A stretch of DNA of 64,000 nt from Raja brachyura (taxonomy: Eukaryota), in the NCBI GenBank assembly GCA_963514005.1, contig OY740792.1, forward strand, positions 36,022,001-36,086,000, read 5' to 3'. Shown here piece after piece: positions 24,244 through 38,105 of the stretch. Under the pieces are notes generated by a model. That model searched no databases. It was not told the origin of the DNA and saw nothing but the letters and a program-made list of their open reading frames with translations. Position numbers and translations under genes: made by a program. The first letter of the stretch is position 1; the number at the start of each line of letters is the position of its first letter.

Positions 24244-25740
24244 TGACCCCCCCCCCCCCCCCCCCAGAACCAGAGGCACCGAACCGGACGGTATGCCGAA
24301 CGAGGAGGCTGGAACGCGCAGTTACAATCCCACACTCCGGGGGCTTGCTCGGTTCGGAAGAATCTCCGGTAGTCCAGGACGGCGGACGCCCGTGACGGAG
24401 AGGTTGAGCCACGTGGACTGGCTCGCTCAGGTCCAAGCGGGCCGGTTTCAAATGAGCCATAGAAACCAAATGGGAGGCTAGCCATTTCAGGCCAGCCTCC
24501 CATGTCCAAATCGACAGAACAGGACGAGAAAGGGACATTCATATGGGCGCTGCAAGGGTGACCTGTGGGAGTTACGGCGACGAAATACGTACGGGCAGCC
24601 CATCAGTGGCAGTGGCACATGGGAAGGGGCCACACCATGACGCGACGTTGGGACGGGAGACAGGGCGTCGACCCTCTCCCGCAAGTGAATCAGCATCGAT
24701 GACGGGAGTTCCTGGGACCCATCAGCAGCAGGGACAAACTCCCCGGGGATGGTGAGGGAGCACCATATACCAACTCCGTGGGGGACGACGACAGATCCTC
24801 CTTGGGGGCCGTCCAAATACCATGGCCCATGGCAACTCGTCCATCCACCCAGGGCCCATGAGACGAGCCTTCAGGGTGGTTTCCAGACAGCGGTGGAACC
24901 GCTCCACCAACCCATTTGACTGGGATGGTACACGGTCGAGTAGAGCTGCGTCCCCAACAGGCGGGCCATGGCGGACCACAGTTCAGACGTGAACTGGGCG
25001 CCCCTGTCGGACGTGATGTGAAATGCAACCCCGAAGCGGGCAATCCAAATTGCCACGAGGGCACCAGCGCAAGACTGAGTTGAAGCGTCCGTGAGCGGGA
25101 TGGCCTCCGGCCACCGCGTAAAACGGTCAACCACCGTAAGCAGGTGTGAAACACCCTGGGACGGAAGCAGTGGCCCCACGATGTTCACGTGCACGTGTTC
25201 CAACCGCCGGCGTGGCGCTGTGAAGTCTTGAACGGGCGCCCGGACGTGTCGATGCAGCTTTGATGTCTGGCACGGGATACACGCCCGGGCGCAGCCAGCG
25301 ATCTGCTTCCGAAGTCTGTGCCGCATATACCTTGCGGCCACCATAGCGACCGTGGCCCGGATGGATGGGTGGGCCTGCCCATGGATCACCTCAAAGACGT
25401 GACTGCGCCAGGCTGCCGAAACGATAGGCCTCAGCTGACCCGTGGATACATCGCAGAGGATGGAACCCGAGGGACCCAACGGCACGTCCTCAAGCACCAA
25501 GCCAGAGATCACGGTGCGGTACACCGGCATCTCATCGTCCGCCAGCTGGGCCGCCACCAAGGCGGAGTAATCTAACCCCGACGACGTGTTAAGCACGGCT
25601 GCAATTCCAGACGGGACAAAGTATTCGCCACTAGGTTGCATTTCCCGGCGATGTGTCGGACATCCGTTGTATACTCGGAAATAGCCGCCAGCTGGCGCTG
25701 CTGGCGGGCGGACCAAGGGTCTGAGAGCTTAGCGAAATGG
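24019..25740 (-). mobile_element. Gypsy (Ty3/Gypsy) LTR retrotransposon remnant: RNase H C-terminus, integrase, PPT and 3' LTR; 5'-truncated and frameshifted
   Basis: Minus-strand translation gives the RNase H end (SDPWSARQQRQLAAISEYTTDVRHIAGK), the H2C2 zinc finger (HGQAHPS...CIPC) and the integrase core (VNIVGPL, VDRFTRWPEAIP, ITSDRGAQF, QSNGLVERFHR), split over several frames. RH-then-IN order is Gypsy-type. Confidence 0.9.
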
Positions 25741-27601
25741 CCATCCATATCGCTTTATAGACTCAATGAAATGCCATCATCAAGCTGATTCGGTTATCTT
25801 GGCATCATGTTTGGCACAGACATTGTGGGCTGAAGGCCTGTTCCTGTGCTGCACTTTATAGTTTGGAGTTTAGAGATACAGTGCAGAAACAGGACCTCCA
25901 GCCCACCATGTCCCCGCCAACCAGCAATCATCTATACACTAGGTCTATCCTACACACTAGCCCATCTTAACCTCTCTGTGATCTCCTGACATATACTGTG
26001 TGGCACTGAGGGGTTGGCAGCTGATTATTTAATAACTACATTTCAATGAGGATTTTACACAAGATGTTGCATTATGCTGGCAAGACATGCCCCGGTTTGA
26101 GTATCTGAAGGGCGCTGCTGCTCAAGTTTAGTTTAGTTTAGAGATCCAGTGTGGAACCAGGCCCTTCAGCCCACCGAGGTCGCGCCGACCAACAATTATC
26201 CTGTACACTAGTTCTACCCTAAACACTAGGGGCAATTTACAGAAGCAAATTCACCTAAAAAAAAATGGAATGTGGGAGGAAACTGGAGCTCCCGGAGAAG
26301 ACCCATGCAGTTACGAGGAGAATGTGCAAACTGCATACAGACAGCACCCATAGTCAGGGTCGAACCCAGGTCTCTGACACTGTAAGGCAGTACCTCTGTG
26401 CCACTGTGTCACACAAAACTGTTCTGTGTTTGTAAATATGTTTAATTCTGCGAGATGGTTTTGAGACATATTGATTCTGATTATAGAGACTGCTCAACAC
26501 GATGTTCTAGGATTAAAGATCCACACAGCAGGCTTGGAAAACATCGAGAAAAACATATGGAAAATAAAGATGAGATGGAATTTTGCATTACCCCAAGGAA
26601 AAACAGCCCACAGAGCTGTTTCTGTGCAAACCACTCTTCATTTTAAAGGCTTTAGAAACCACAGCATGAACATCGATCCATTAATGCATAAATCTATTAG
26701 CAGAGATATCAACACCTTCCCTTTAAAATTAAGAAATTTAGATTTAGATCAATATATTTAGCATTCATATACCCACATACCTAATGGGGCGGAAATCGGG
26801 CAATTGAACCATTCTCTCACCAACTAGAGAGCGGTCCTGACCTCCCATCTACCTCAATGAATACCCTCAAACTATCTTTAATCAAACTTTACTGGGCATT
26901 GCACGAAACGCTATTCCCCTTATCCTGTATCAGTACACTGTGGAGGCTCGATTATAATCATGTGTAGTCTTTCCGCTGATTGGATAGCACGCAACAACAA
27001 AAGCTTTTCACTGTACCTGACAATAAACAAAACATAAAACTGTGGAGTATACGGTTAGTGACGTTTTGGATCGAGACCCTTCTACAGGCTGATTGTGGAG
27101 GTGGGGATAGGGGGGAAAGCTGGATGAGAGAAGGGACAGGGCAAAGCCTGGCACGTGATAGGTGAATACACCTGAGGGGGTGGGTTTGATTAGTAAATGG
27201 GAGAAGTCTGGAGATGAACACGGTCAAAGAGTAGAAGAGTAGCAGGAATGACAGGGTCTCACAGAACCCATTGGAAAGAGGAGAGAACTTCAAAGTATCC
27301 ATACTTTGAGGAGATTTCGCAGTGGAGCAGTAAATGCTGGTAACTCAGTACTTCAAGCAGCATCTCTGGAGAACATGGATTGGTGATGTTTCACGTTGGG
27401 ACACACCTTCAGGTTTATTGTATAGGGGGTGGGGGGGGGGCAGAGGGAAGGAAATAAAGCTGGGAGAAAGGAGAGTCAAGACAAAGTGTGGCTGGTTTGT
27501 CGACATTTTGACTTGATTGTATCTTTAGTTTAATTTAGGGATACAGTGTGTAAACAGGGCTTCAGCCAACCTAGTCTGTGCTGACCAGCAATCACCTGTA
27601 C

Positions 27602-28841
27602 CAGGCACGTGCCGCCAGGGTAGGCAAGGTAGGCACTGCCTACCCTGACTAAAATTGCAACATAGTAATAACTAAATATAAATAATGAAGGCATGGGAGA
27701 ATTATGCCTATGTAAGAGACCGATCTCTTAGGTAGGCATAATTCTCTGTGCCTTTCATCCGCAGCGCTTGTAACACGGGAAGGTCTGTGCAGCCCACGTG
27801 CCGTCAGCGCTGCCTGAAGCCGTCACTTTCAATCGGGGCTGAAGGCAGCAGAAATTCTGCCTTTGCTGCACTGCGCATGCGCAGCGCATGTTTCTTGGAG
27901 GGGTTTTCAACTATGGTTTGTTGTGTACCAATGATGTGGTAAGTACATTTTGTGTTTATGTTTTTAAATACTGTATTTCCCGGGGTGTGGGGGTGGGGGG
28001 AGAGCTCCTTTCACAGCGTTTGGGGAGTCTGGCCCGGGGTAAAGTTGCGGGAAGGGCACGAATATTATGAAGGAGGGGATTGGGATAATGCCACTTGCGA
28101 CGCTCGTTGCACGGGGTCGTGCAATGACACCGCATTGAGGCCGGGGGGGGGGGGGAAGAGAGAGAAGTAACTCGGGTGGATGAGCGGCCACCGGGCCGGA
28201 CAACGGAACCAGCCGCCACCTTAGCTCCTTCTGCCGGTCCCTGCTCACCTCTGGCAGCTCTCCATCTAAAAACCTCTTTCCTGCCGTTCGTTGGCCTCAC
28301 TCATGTCCTTAAACTCCGACAGCGCGATTGAGGTTACTCAGCTGTGGGAATTTAAGGATTTGCAGGAAGCCGCTGACATGAGCGAAGTCGGCAAACGGGA
28401 GGTGACAGGTGTTCCGACGGAGAGCACTGCCAAAGGTGAGCGGGCCGGCAGAAGGCAATGAAGTGGCTGCCAGTTCTGCTGTCGGGTCCCGGTGGCCGCT
28501 CCCCGAGCTGCTTCTATCCCCAGCTACAGTGCGTGGCTTCGCACCCGGAGAGCTGCGGTAGCGGTGAGTGAGTTACTGGCAGTATCCCCGACACCCTCCT
28601 TCTCAACACTCGTGCCCTGCCCACAACTTTACCCCTGGCACAGACTCTCCACATGCTATGAATGGAACTGTTCCCCCAATTGGTCAAGGACGAGGAAGCC
28701 TAGGATGGGCAAATTGAAATGTCACTGTTTTTAATTTATTTATTTATTCAACGGAGAGAGCAATCTGCGCATACGCGGTTTAATTTTTTTTTAAAGCGGT
28801 GTGAGTGCCTACCGTGAGTAATTACTGACGGCATGTGCCTG
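27602..28841. mobile_element. hAT-type non-autonomous DNA transposon (1240 bp)
   Basis: TIRs CAGGCACGTGCCGCCAG / CTGACGGCATGTGCCTG. Perfect 8-bp TSD ACCTGTAC at 27594-601 and 28842-49. It splits a V-SINE. Confidence 0.9.
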
Positions 28842-29118
28842 ACCTGTACACTAGTTCTATGTTGTCCCAGTTTCGCATCCTACACACTAGGGGCAATTTA
28901 CAGAAGCCAATTAACGAACAAATCTGTACGTCTTTGGAATGTGGGAGGGAACCAGAGCACCCAGAGAAAACCCACAGGGAGAACGTGCAGACCGTACCCA
29001 AGGTCAGGATTGAACCTGGGCCTCTTGCACTGTGAGGCAGCAACTACCACTGCGCCGTTCCAAATCTACATATGGTATTATCTGATCTGATTGGAAACAT
29101 ACAAAACATTGGTTCATG

Positions 29119-30454
29119 CAGGGCTGCCAACTCTCATGCTTTCAGCGTGAGAATCACGCGTTGGAGCAAATTCTCACGCCCTCACGCTCATGACTGAGTT
29201 CTCACACTGAGTTCAGTCCCTGCGGCAGTTTGTGCCTTTGCGCCGGCTGCCAGCGCTCTGTGCACAAGTTTGCTTTAGTTTGCTTTAATTTGTTAGTTGA
29301 TTTTTTGTTGGCTGCCATAATTTCTGATATAAATCTTAAAGTAACTTAACTGTTATATGTGATTTTTGTCCAAACAATTGAAACTTGCATAAAATGTTTG
29401 AATTATTAGCAAGGCTGCCAACTCTCACGCATTGAGCGCGAGACTCGCGCATTTCACAAAATTCTCATGCTCTCATGCAGTAATTGCAAATGCTGGTATA
29501 AACTGAAGATAGACACTAAAAACTAGAAAAGGCAGCATCTCTGGAGAGAAAGAATTGGTGATGTTTCGAATCGAGACCTTCAGCCTGAAGAGGTTGAAAA
29601 CCAGCCATAAAACACAATGTGTGTTATCGAACTAAGGGCAGAAATCAGAATCATGTGTTCTCTTTATTCACGTGACACCATAATAAATATATTACAGAAA
29701 AAATAATTTAATGGGGTGGCACGGTGGCGCAGCGGTAGAGTTGCTGCCTTCCTACCACATGGGTTTTCTCTGGATATTCCGGTTTCTCCCATATCCGAAA
29801 GAAGTGCAGGTTTGTAGGTTAATTGGCTTCTGTAAATTGTCCCTGGCGTGATGGATGGAATTGGTGTACGATAGATTGCTGGTCGATGTGGACCTGGTGG
29901 GCGGAAGGGCCTGTTTCCATACATATTTTTACATATATATCTTAATTTAATTGAACCATATATTATTGAATATGTAGTATTATTTTCGTCTTGTTTCTAT
30001 ATTCAAAGGGTAAGGTTGAAACAGTCTGAAGAAGGGTTTCGGCCCGAAACGCTGCCTATTTCGCTCCATAGATGCTGCCGCACCCGCTGCGTTTCTCCAG
30101 CAATTTGGTCTACCTTCGATTCTCCAACATCTGCAGTTCCTTCTTGAACAAGGTTGATTGATTTATTTGTGCAGAACAGTGATGGAAGAGTGACTTTTGC
30201 TTTGGTTCTCTGCGTTTTTCTTCTATATGTATGCATAACAGCGTGAATATAATCTGATTTCCATACATGAATATAGTTAAAAGACTCACTACAGTGTGCA
30301 CCAGATTGCACAATTTCAAGCTGAAAAATGTAAAAGCTCCTTACCGTGGGAAGGGGAACGCCCCCCTCCTACACATGCCCCCCCTCCCCCCCACCGACGC
30401 TACGCTCCCTCACAATTTCTCACTCTCAACTCTCACCCAATGTTGGCAGCCCTG
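29119..30454. mobile_element. hAT-type non-autonomous DNA transposon with nested SINE and Penelope-repeat insertions
   Basis: Perfect 13-bp TIR CAGGGCTGCCAAC. Near-TSD GGTTCATG vs GTTCAAG. The left terminal motif recurs internally near 29410. Confidence 0.78.
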
Positions 30455-33400
30455 GTTCAAGTGACAATAATAAATCAAAACCTATGTCATGTAATTATAG
30501 TAGAGTCATACAGTGTGGAAACAGGCCCTTCGGCCCAACTTGCCCACACTGACCAATGTGTCCCATCTACATTTGTCCCACTTGCCTGTTTTGGGCCTAC
30601 ATCCCTCTAAACCTGTTCTATCCATGCACCTGTCTAACTGCTTCTTAAACATTATGATAGTCCCTGCCTCAACTACATCCTCTGGCAGCTTGTCCCATAC
30701 ATCTACCACCTTTTGTGTGAAAAAGCTTCCCCTCAGATACCTATAAAATTTTTCCTCCCTCACCTTAAACCTATGCCCTCTGGTTCTCGAATCCCCTACT
30801 CTGGGCAAGCGACTCTGTGCATCCAATTGCCCATAAACTGAGCCGGGCAGTGAGAGGACATGAGCCAGCCAGCAGCCCACCTCTGCTGTCAGCCTCAGGG
30901 AAAATTCATCACCTACTGTGCTGTGTTGAGGTTTGGCATCATTGAAGGATCAAAGGATATATTTTTCTCCAAAGACGGAGCGACTCCTGTCACAACAACC
31001 CGCATTTAACATTCTCTCTCATCTAGTGATGCACACCAGCACTTTGAAGCTCATCTCAAATGTCCAAATATCTAACTGCACCCTTTATTTAATTGCCTAC
31101 CGATAGTCAAATTAGATTGAACATCAAAGATTGGTGCTTCTATTTCAGGCTTATGAATTATTCTTGCAGAAGAAATTGTTCGCATGTGACAAGAAATCAA
31201 CAGGTCAAAGGTGAGCTTGTCATAGACAATCTTTGACCCAGTTATGCAAGGAAACCTCACATTAATTTTTGTTAGTTTAGAGATACAGCGCGGAAACAGG
31301 CCCTTCAGCCCACTGAGTCTGCGCCGACCAGCGATCACCCCATACATTAGTTCTATCCTACACACTAGGGACAATTTACAGAAGACAATTAACCTACAAA
31401 TTAACCTACAAACCTGCACGTCTCTAGGATGTGGGAAGAAACTCGGAGAAAACCCACACGGTCACAGGGAAGATGTACAAACCCAGGACTGGTGCTGTGA
31501 GGCAGTGATTCTACGACTGCACCATGTGGGAGTTAAATGTAGAAACAAGAAACAATAGATGCTAGTTTACAAAAAAAAGGAAACAGATTGCTGGTGTAAC
31601 TCAGCAACTAGAAATTATGTTTTGGATAATGGGTTATTATATTGGAGATGCTAACTCTGGAAAACCTGTGACATTAATTTGATAAAGGTATCAGTAAATG
31701 GTAGCAACGATCTGGTAAAGCAAAGTTTTAATTAGTTTATTCAGAATCACAAAGGAAAAAAAGCTCATGTACCAAAGGTGAGGGGGGGGGGAGGAAATAT
31801 TTAATAGGAACCTGAGGGACAACGTTTTTCACTGAGAGAGTGGTGGGTATACAGAACTAGCTGCCAGAGGAGGTAGTTGAGGCAGCTACTATAATTAAAA
31901 GACACTGAACAGATACATGGATAGGAGAGATTTAAAGGAATGTGGGCCAAATGTGGGAAAAAATGTCGACACGATGGCACGGCTGGTAGAGTTGTTGCCT
32001 CACAGTGCCAGCCACCCAGGTTCGATACTGACCTTAGGTGCTGTCTATGTGGAGTTTGCACATTTTCCTGTGACCGCATGGGTTTCCTCCGGGTACTCCG
32101 GTTTTCTCCCCATACCTAAGATGTGCGGGTTTGTCGGTAAATTGGCCTCTTTAAATTGTCCCTAGTGTGCAGAGGATGAGAAAGTTGAATAACATAGAAA
32201 TAGTGTGAACGGGTGATCGACGGTCGGCATGGACTTGATGGGCCGAAGGGCCTGTTTCCCTGCTGTATCTGTAAACCAAGCTAACTTATCTATGTGCAAT
32301 GTGTTTACAGGCCTGTTTTAAGCTGCTGCAAGTACGAATGTCATTGTATCATTGTTGGTACATATGACAATTACACACTCTTGTCTCTTGACCCTTACTC
32401 CTGCCCCAAAGGACAACACAAAAACATAAGCTTGGCATGAAGAAGGATCCCGACCTGAAACATCACCTGTCCATGTTCTCCAGAGATGCTGCCTGATCCG
32501 CTGAGTTACTCCAGCACGGTGCTGTTAGCTCAGAACACAAGGGTGGCTGGCATGTGTGGTGCAGATAGCTACTCACTGAATAAGCACACACAGCCTTCAA
32601 GGGAGACATTTATTTACTGGTTGAATTGTTTGATAGTTGACAGGATCCCAGTTTGTAAAGCTGATGTGATTGCAAGACATCAAACTTTGCTGGAACTGGA
32701 TACAGTTCATTGTGTCACAGAAAGCAGAGGATTAATTCCAGCTGTTCACATAATACCCAAATTAGACCCAAGCTAACAATTCAAATCTTTTAGGTTCAAT
32801 AAAAGCTCAAAGAATCAGCAGTAAAAACAAAGAACTGCAGATGCTGCTGTGCACACCAGGTCACAAAGTGCTGGAGTACTCCGTGAATCAGGCAGAGTCT
32901 CTGGAGAACATGGACAGGCGATATTTCAGGTCGAGATCCTTCTTCCAACCTGAAACATCACCTATTTATGTGCTCCAGTGATGCTGCCTGGGCAATTTGT
33001 ATCCATCAAATAATAAGCAACTGATGTGAAGGATCGTTTTCAAAACTGAATTGAATTAGATTGAAAGATACAGCACGGTAACAGGGCCTTCAGCCCACGG
33101 ACTCAACGCCGACCATCCATCACCTATTCACACTAGTTCTATGTTATCCCACTTTCTCATCCACCCCCTACACACTAGGGGCCAATTAACCAACATGACT
33201 TTGAGATGTGGGAGGAAACCAGAGCACCTGGTGGAAACCCACATGGTCGGTCACAGGGAGAACGTGCAAACTCCACACACAGAAAGCACCCGAGGCCAGG
33301 ATGGAACCCGGGTCTCTGGTGCTGTGAGGTAGCAGCTCTACCAGCTACGTCACTGTGCCACTCTAAACATGCTAAATGTTGATTGGAATATTTTTTGAGT

Positions 33401-34952
33401 GTGGAATTTCTGTTCGCTGTGTCTATTAATCCCCGGATTGTAGAATCGAAGGTTGTAGTAAGTTTCTTAATTTTGTCTCCTTATTCTTATGGCAATGCAA
33501 TGTTACAATATTAAATAGACTAATAAAGATAAAATTGCCACCAGGAAAAAAGTAAGTTAATTTTAAAAAAATTAAACCCGTCTGAAGAAGAGCCCTGATC
33601 TGAAATGTCACCTATTGTTAATGGTTGTGCAAAAAGAACAATGAGAAACAATCAAAGGTTAGGGAATAAATTAATCGGCACAGCCAATACTGAGAATTTC
33701 TTCCAGAGAATCAAGAACCAGAGGACATAGGTTTAAGGTGATCAGGGAAAGATTTAACAAGAACCTGAAGGGCAACTTTTTCACACAGAGGGCAGTGGGT
33801 ACATGGAACGAGCTGCCAGAGGAAGTAGTTGAGGCAGGTACTGTAACAGCATGTATAATACATTTTGGACAGGAACATGGATAGCGAAAGGGATATAGGC
33901 CAAACGCAGGAAGATGGCACTAATGTAGATGGGGCATCTTGGTTGGCATGGACAAGTTGGGCCGAAGGATTGTATTTCTGTGCTGTGTGACTATTAAGGT
34001 AAGGTACTTGATCACAGAAAGCACCATGACAATACTCAGGCAGAAATGTGATTGATAGATCAATCTGCAATCTCTGAAGCAGTAATGCCTGGAGGGTAAT
34101 AAAAATAATTGAAATTGTCCTTATTTTACCAAGCGGGAAAATAATCCATGTTTACTTTCAGTTCACTTTACCCATCTATTCCATCTAATCCAACACATGG
34201 TTTTTGATGATATGTTAATCAAAATAGTGAACAACCTATTCTCTGTACACCATGTAATCAAACGTCTGCAGTTCTAAATCTAATTTTGTGCCTATTGCTT
34301 CTAAAACAGTCATTAATTAATATTTAGCCTGCAGTCAACTGAACAATTAGCTGCCGAGCTTCCTGCCTTAACACAGTTAACATTCAAATTTGCATTTCAG
34401 TTCTGTTTGACAAAACATAGCTTCTCGGCTATTGCTCGCAAATTCTCACTCTGAACAAATCATTGTTGATAGTCTGGAGAAGGGTTCCGACTCGAGATGT
34501 CCCCCAGAGATGCCGCCTGACCCCGCTGAGTTACTTCAGCACTTTGTGTCCTTGTGCTCATATTCTCTGTTCCTTCCTCATCTTGAAATAGGCGCAGAGA
34601 AGATTCACCAGGATGTTACCTGGGCTTGCGGCCTTGAGTTATAGGGAGAGGTTGCATAGGCTGGGACTTAGGTGACACTAGTGTATATGAGGCATTTTGG
34701 TTGGCATGGACAAGTTGGGCCGAAAGGCTGTATTTCTGTGCTGAATAACTCTATTCAAAGGGAAGATGCTCACAGTCTTTTTCCCCAGGATGGAGGATTC
34801 TAAAACTGGAGGACACAGGCTTAAGGGGAGAGCTTTGAGAGAGGCAACTCTAGAAGCAACTCTTTCATTCAAAGGGAACTCTTAATCTGGATTGAGCTAC
34901 CAGAGTTTCAGAAGAGCATACAACCTACCAAATAATGAAAGGCGTGGATAGT

Positions 34953-37305
34953 CAGGGAACTTTTTTTCCCTTTTGCCAGCTGGGCAACCTCGGCAGCTTT
35001 TAAGGTTGCCAAATGACAGTTGAGGTGGTCATTTAAGATGGCTTGCATGACACGTGCAAAAATGTGCTCGAACGAAGAACGTAGTTACCAGTCGGAATTA
35101 TGGTCAATGAGGCGTTCACATATTATTTCTGCTTCAAATAAAGTCGCAAACTAAACATATTCACCAATCAAGACATGATATATACCACAATTACATGCAG
35201 CAAAATTACAATACCGTATCTCATCTCTTTTTACACGTTGCAATGAATGCAATTTCTATTATCTCTTTCCACTTCCAAACAAATATCTGGTTGGATTATT
35301 CAGCGCATGATCAACCTCAGTGAGACCAAGTGCAGGCTTGGCGATCGTTTCGCACAACACCTCCACTCAGTGTGCAATGACCAACCTGATCTCCCAGTGG
35401 CTCAGCACTTCAACTCCCCCTCCCATTCCGAATCCGACATTTCTGTCCTGGGCCTCCTCCATGGCCAGAGTGAGGCCCACCGCAAATTGGAGGAACAGCT
35501 TGGGTAGTTTACAGCCAAGCAGTATGAACATTAACCTCCAATTTCAGGTAGTCCTTGCTTTCTCCCTCCTTCCCCTCCCATTCCCAGCTCTCCCACAGCC
35601 TACTGTCTCCGCCTCTTCCTTTCTTTTTCCCGCCCCACCCCTCCCGTCTGAAGAAGGGTCTTCGCCCGAAATGTCGCCTATTTCCTTCACTCCATAGATG
35701 CTGCCTCACCTGCTGAGTTTCTCCAGCATTTTTGTCTACCCAATCACACCAGTTCTGTCATCCCACTACACATTAGGGGCAATTTTACAGAGGCTAGTTA
35801 ACCTACAAAGCCAATGCTTCTTTGGGATGTGGGAGGAAACCCACATCCCAAAGTGCCCGTGAACAGGATTGAACCAATCTCTGGCATGTGAGGCAGCATG
35901 TCCACCAGCAGTACCACTATATTTTATTTTCCAACACACAAAAAATTATACATTGATAACTTTGGTTACTAAAAAAAAACTATCCATTTTGAGTCTTAAA
36001 TCTCTATGTCCCCCTTTACGCTATGTCCCCCTTTACAGCTAGTGTATGTTTTAATTCAGTTCAAGACTATGGGACAGTACATTGGCCATAAAGGTGCTGC
36101 CTAAAAGTGCCAGAGACCCGGAATTGATCCTGAATATGGGTGCTGTCTGTATGGAGTTTTGTTTTCTCGTTTATAACATTGTTTAAAGAGTACTATGTTT
36201 ACATATTCTGTTGTGCTGCTGCAAGTAAGAATTTCATTGTTCTAACTGGGACGTGAGAGAATAAAACACTCTTGACTTACATCGCTAATGTGTGGGATAG
36301 AACTAGTGTACGGGTGATCGTTAGTCGGCGTGGACTATGTGGGTCGAAGGGCCTGTTTCCACGCTGTATCTTTAAATTAAACTAAAAACACTAAAGCCAG
36401 AGGGAGTCTAAAGAAGGATCTCTACCCGAAATCTCACCCACTTTCTTCTATCCAGAGATGCTGGCTACTCCATGGAGTTCCCCCGCACAATTAAAGCATG
36501 GAAAAGACTTCACCCAAAAGGTACCCAACCAGACAGAACTAAATTTAAGGTAGCTTTATTTTTCCCCAAGAACCCTTTTTTGCTTAAGTCCAAGTCAAGA
36601 GAGTTTTATTGTCATGTTTCCCAGACAATGAAATTCTTGCTTGCCGCAGCACACCAGAATATGTAAACATAATCCAGAACAGGAGATAAAAGTTCAGTGT
36701 GTCTGTCTATCATAGGCCATATATAGACACAATAAATAAACAGATAAAATGCAATAGGCAGTTATTTTTCAGAGTTTGGAGTATGGTGGTGGGTCCACTC
36801 CAGTTTAAATTCCATTTGGAATATTTTTGGAGGACCAAGAAACCAAGAAGCAAAAGCTACTCCAGGGAGTTACTCCAGGGAGTTATTCCAGCTCCAAGAA
36901 GTAATTCTGCATTGGTTTTCAGCGGTGGCGGTGAGGCGGCGAATGGACAGTGATGGCGGCCAGATCTCCCACAATGCAATGGGAGGGAAAAAGTGGCCGA
37001 CACCGGCCAGTTGCAGTGGCAGCGCGCATGTATGAGGCAGAGACCCGAGAGCCGAGTGGACACCCGAGACCCAAGATCAAAGAGCGGAGACCCGAGAGCG
37101 GAGACCCGAGAGCGGAGACCCGGACACGAATGGCGGGCGGGGGCGGAGAGTGACAGAGAGAGAGATAGAGAGGGGGCCCGCTCAGAATTAAATGATAGGT
37201 GTCCTGGGTGCTTGCCAAGCCGGGCAAAATGGCATGGCTTTCAGGTTGCCCGACGGGACTGTAGGTCGCCATTGGCACCCGGGCAACCGTTAATTTCGAG
37301 CCCTG
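34953..37305. mobile_element. Probable hAT-type element with nested insertions
   Basis: Ends CAGGG...CCCTG with repeated GGTTGCC/GGCAACC subterminal motifs at both ends. The flanks rejoin into one CR1 fragment (gaaaggcgtggatagt|ggatgtggaa). Only 5 bp (ATAGT) are duplicated. Confidence 0.55.
35320..35740 (+). mobile_element. Penelope-like element 3' fragment: GIY-YIG endonuclease C-terminal part followed by terminal repeat with hammerhead core
   Basis: Translation ETKCRLGDRFAQHLHSV...PVAQHFNSPSH...ISVLGL...RKLEEQ, then CTGAAGAAGGGTCTTCGCCCGAAATGTC at 35648-35675. Confidence 0.82.
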
Positions 37306-38016
37306 ATAGTGGATGTGGAAAGAATATTTTCAGTAATGGAAGAGTCTATGACTAGAGGGCACAGCCTCAGAATAAAAGGACATATCTTTAGAATGGAGAA
37401 GAGGAGGAATTTCCCTAGTTAAAGGATTGTGAATCTGTGGAATTCATTGACACAGATGGCAGTAAAGGCCAATTCATTGGATGTTTTTAAAGCAGAGATT
37501 GATTTATTGTTTAGTAAGGTTACAGGGAGAAAGTAGGAGAATGGGGTTGTGAGGTAAAGATAGATCTGCCACGATCTAATGGTGGAACAGACTTGATGGC
37601 TCGAATGGTCCAATTCTGCTCTTATGATAAGCAGATACAATTATGTTTAAAAGACATTTGGAATGACATAGAGATAGGAATGGTTTAGAGGGCTATGGAC
37701 CAAATGCAGGCAAATGGGAACAGCCCAGTATGTCAACCATGGACAAGGTACACGTCCACGACTCTAATCATTTTACTCTGATGTTCTCTTAACCTGAGGT
37801 TCAGACCACATATTAATGTGACAACTTGCTCAGAATAAGGTGTCAAAATCAATGAGATAAATAACGTTAATTGATATTCATTCCCCACCCTTTCTTCACA
37901 AGATCCCCCACCTCCTTTGGGCCCCACCTAGACTTGCACCTATTTCTCCCCTCCCCTCACGTTCCTTCCTCTAGCTAGGTGATGTTTTGAATCGGGATCC
38001 GCATGTGCTCTCTCTT

Positions 38017-38105
38017 ACACACACTCACCCACTCTCTCACACACTCACCCACTCTCTCTCACACACACTCACCCACTCTCACACACACTCACCCACTCTC
38101 ACACA
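38017..38105 (+). repeat. Minisatellite (ACACACTCACCCACTCTCTC)n, about 4 copies
   Basis: Direct tandem units of 20-24 bp are visible. Confidence 0.85.
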
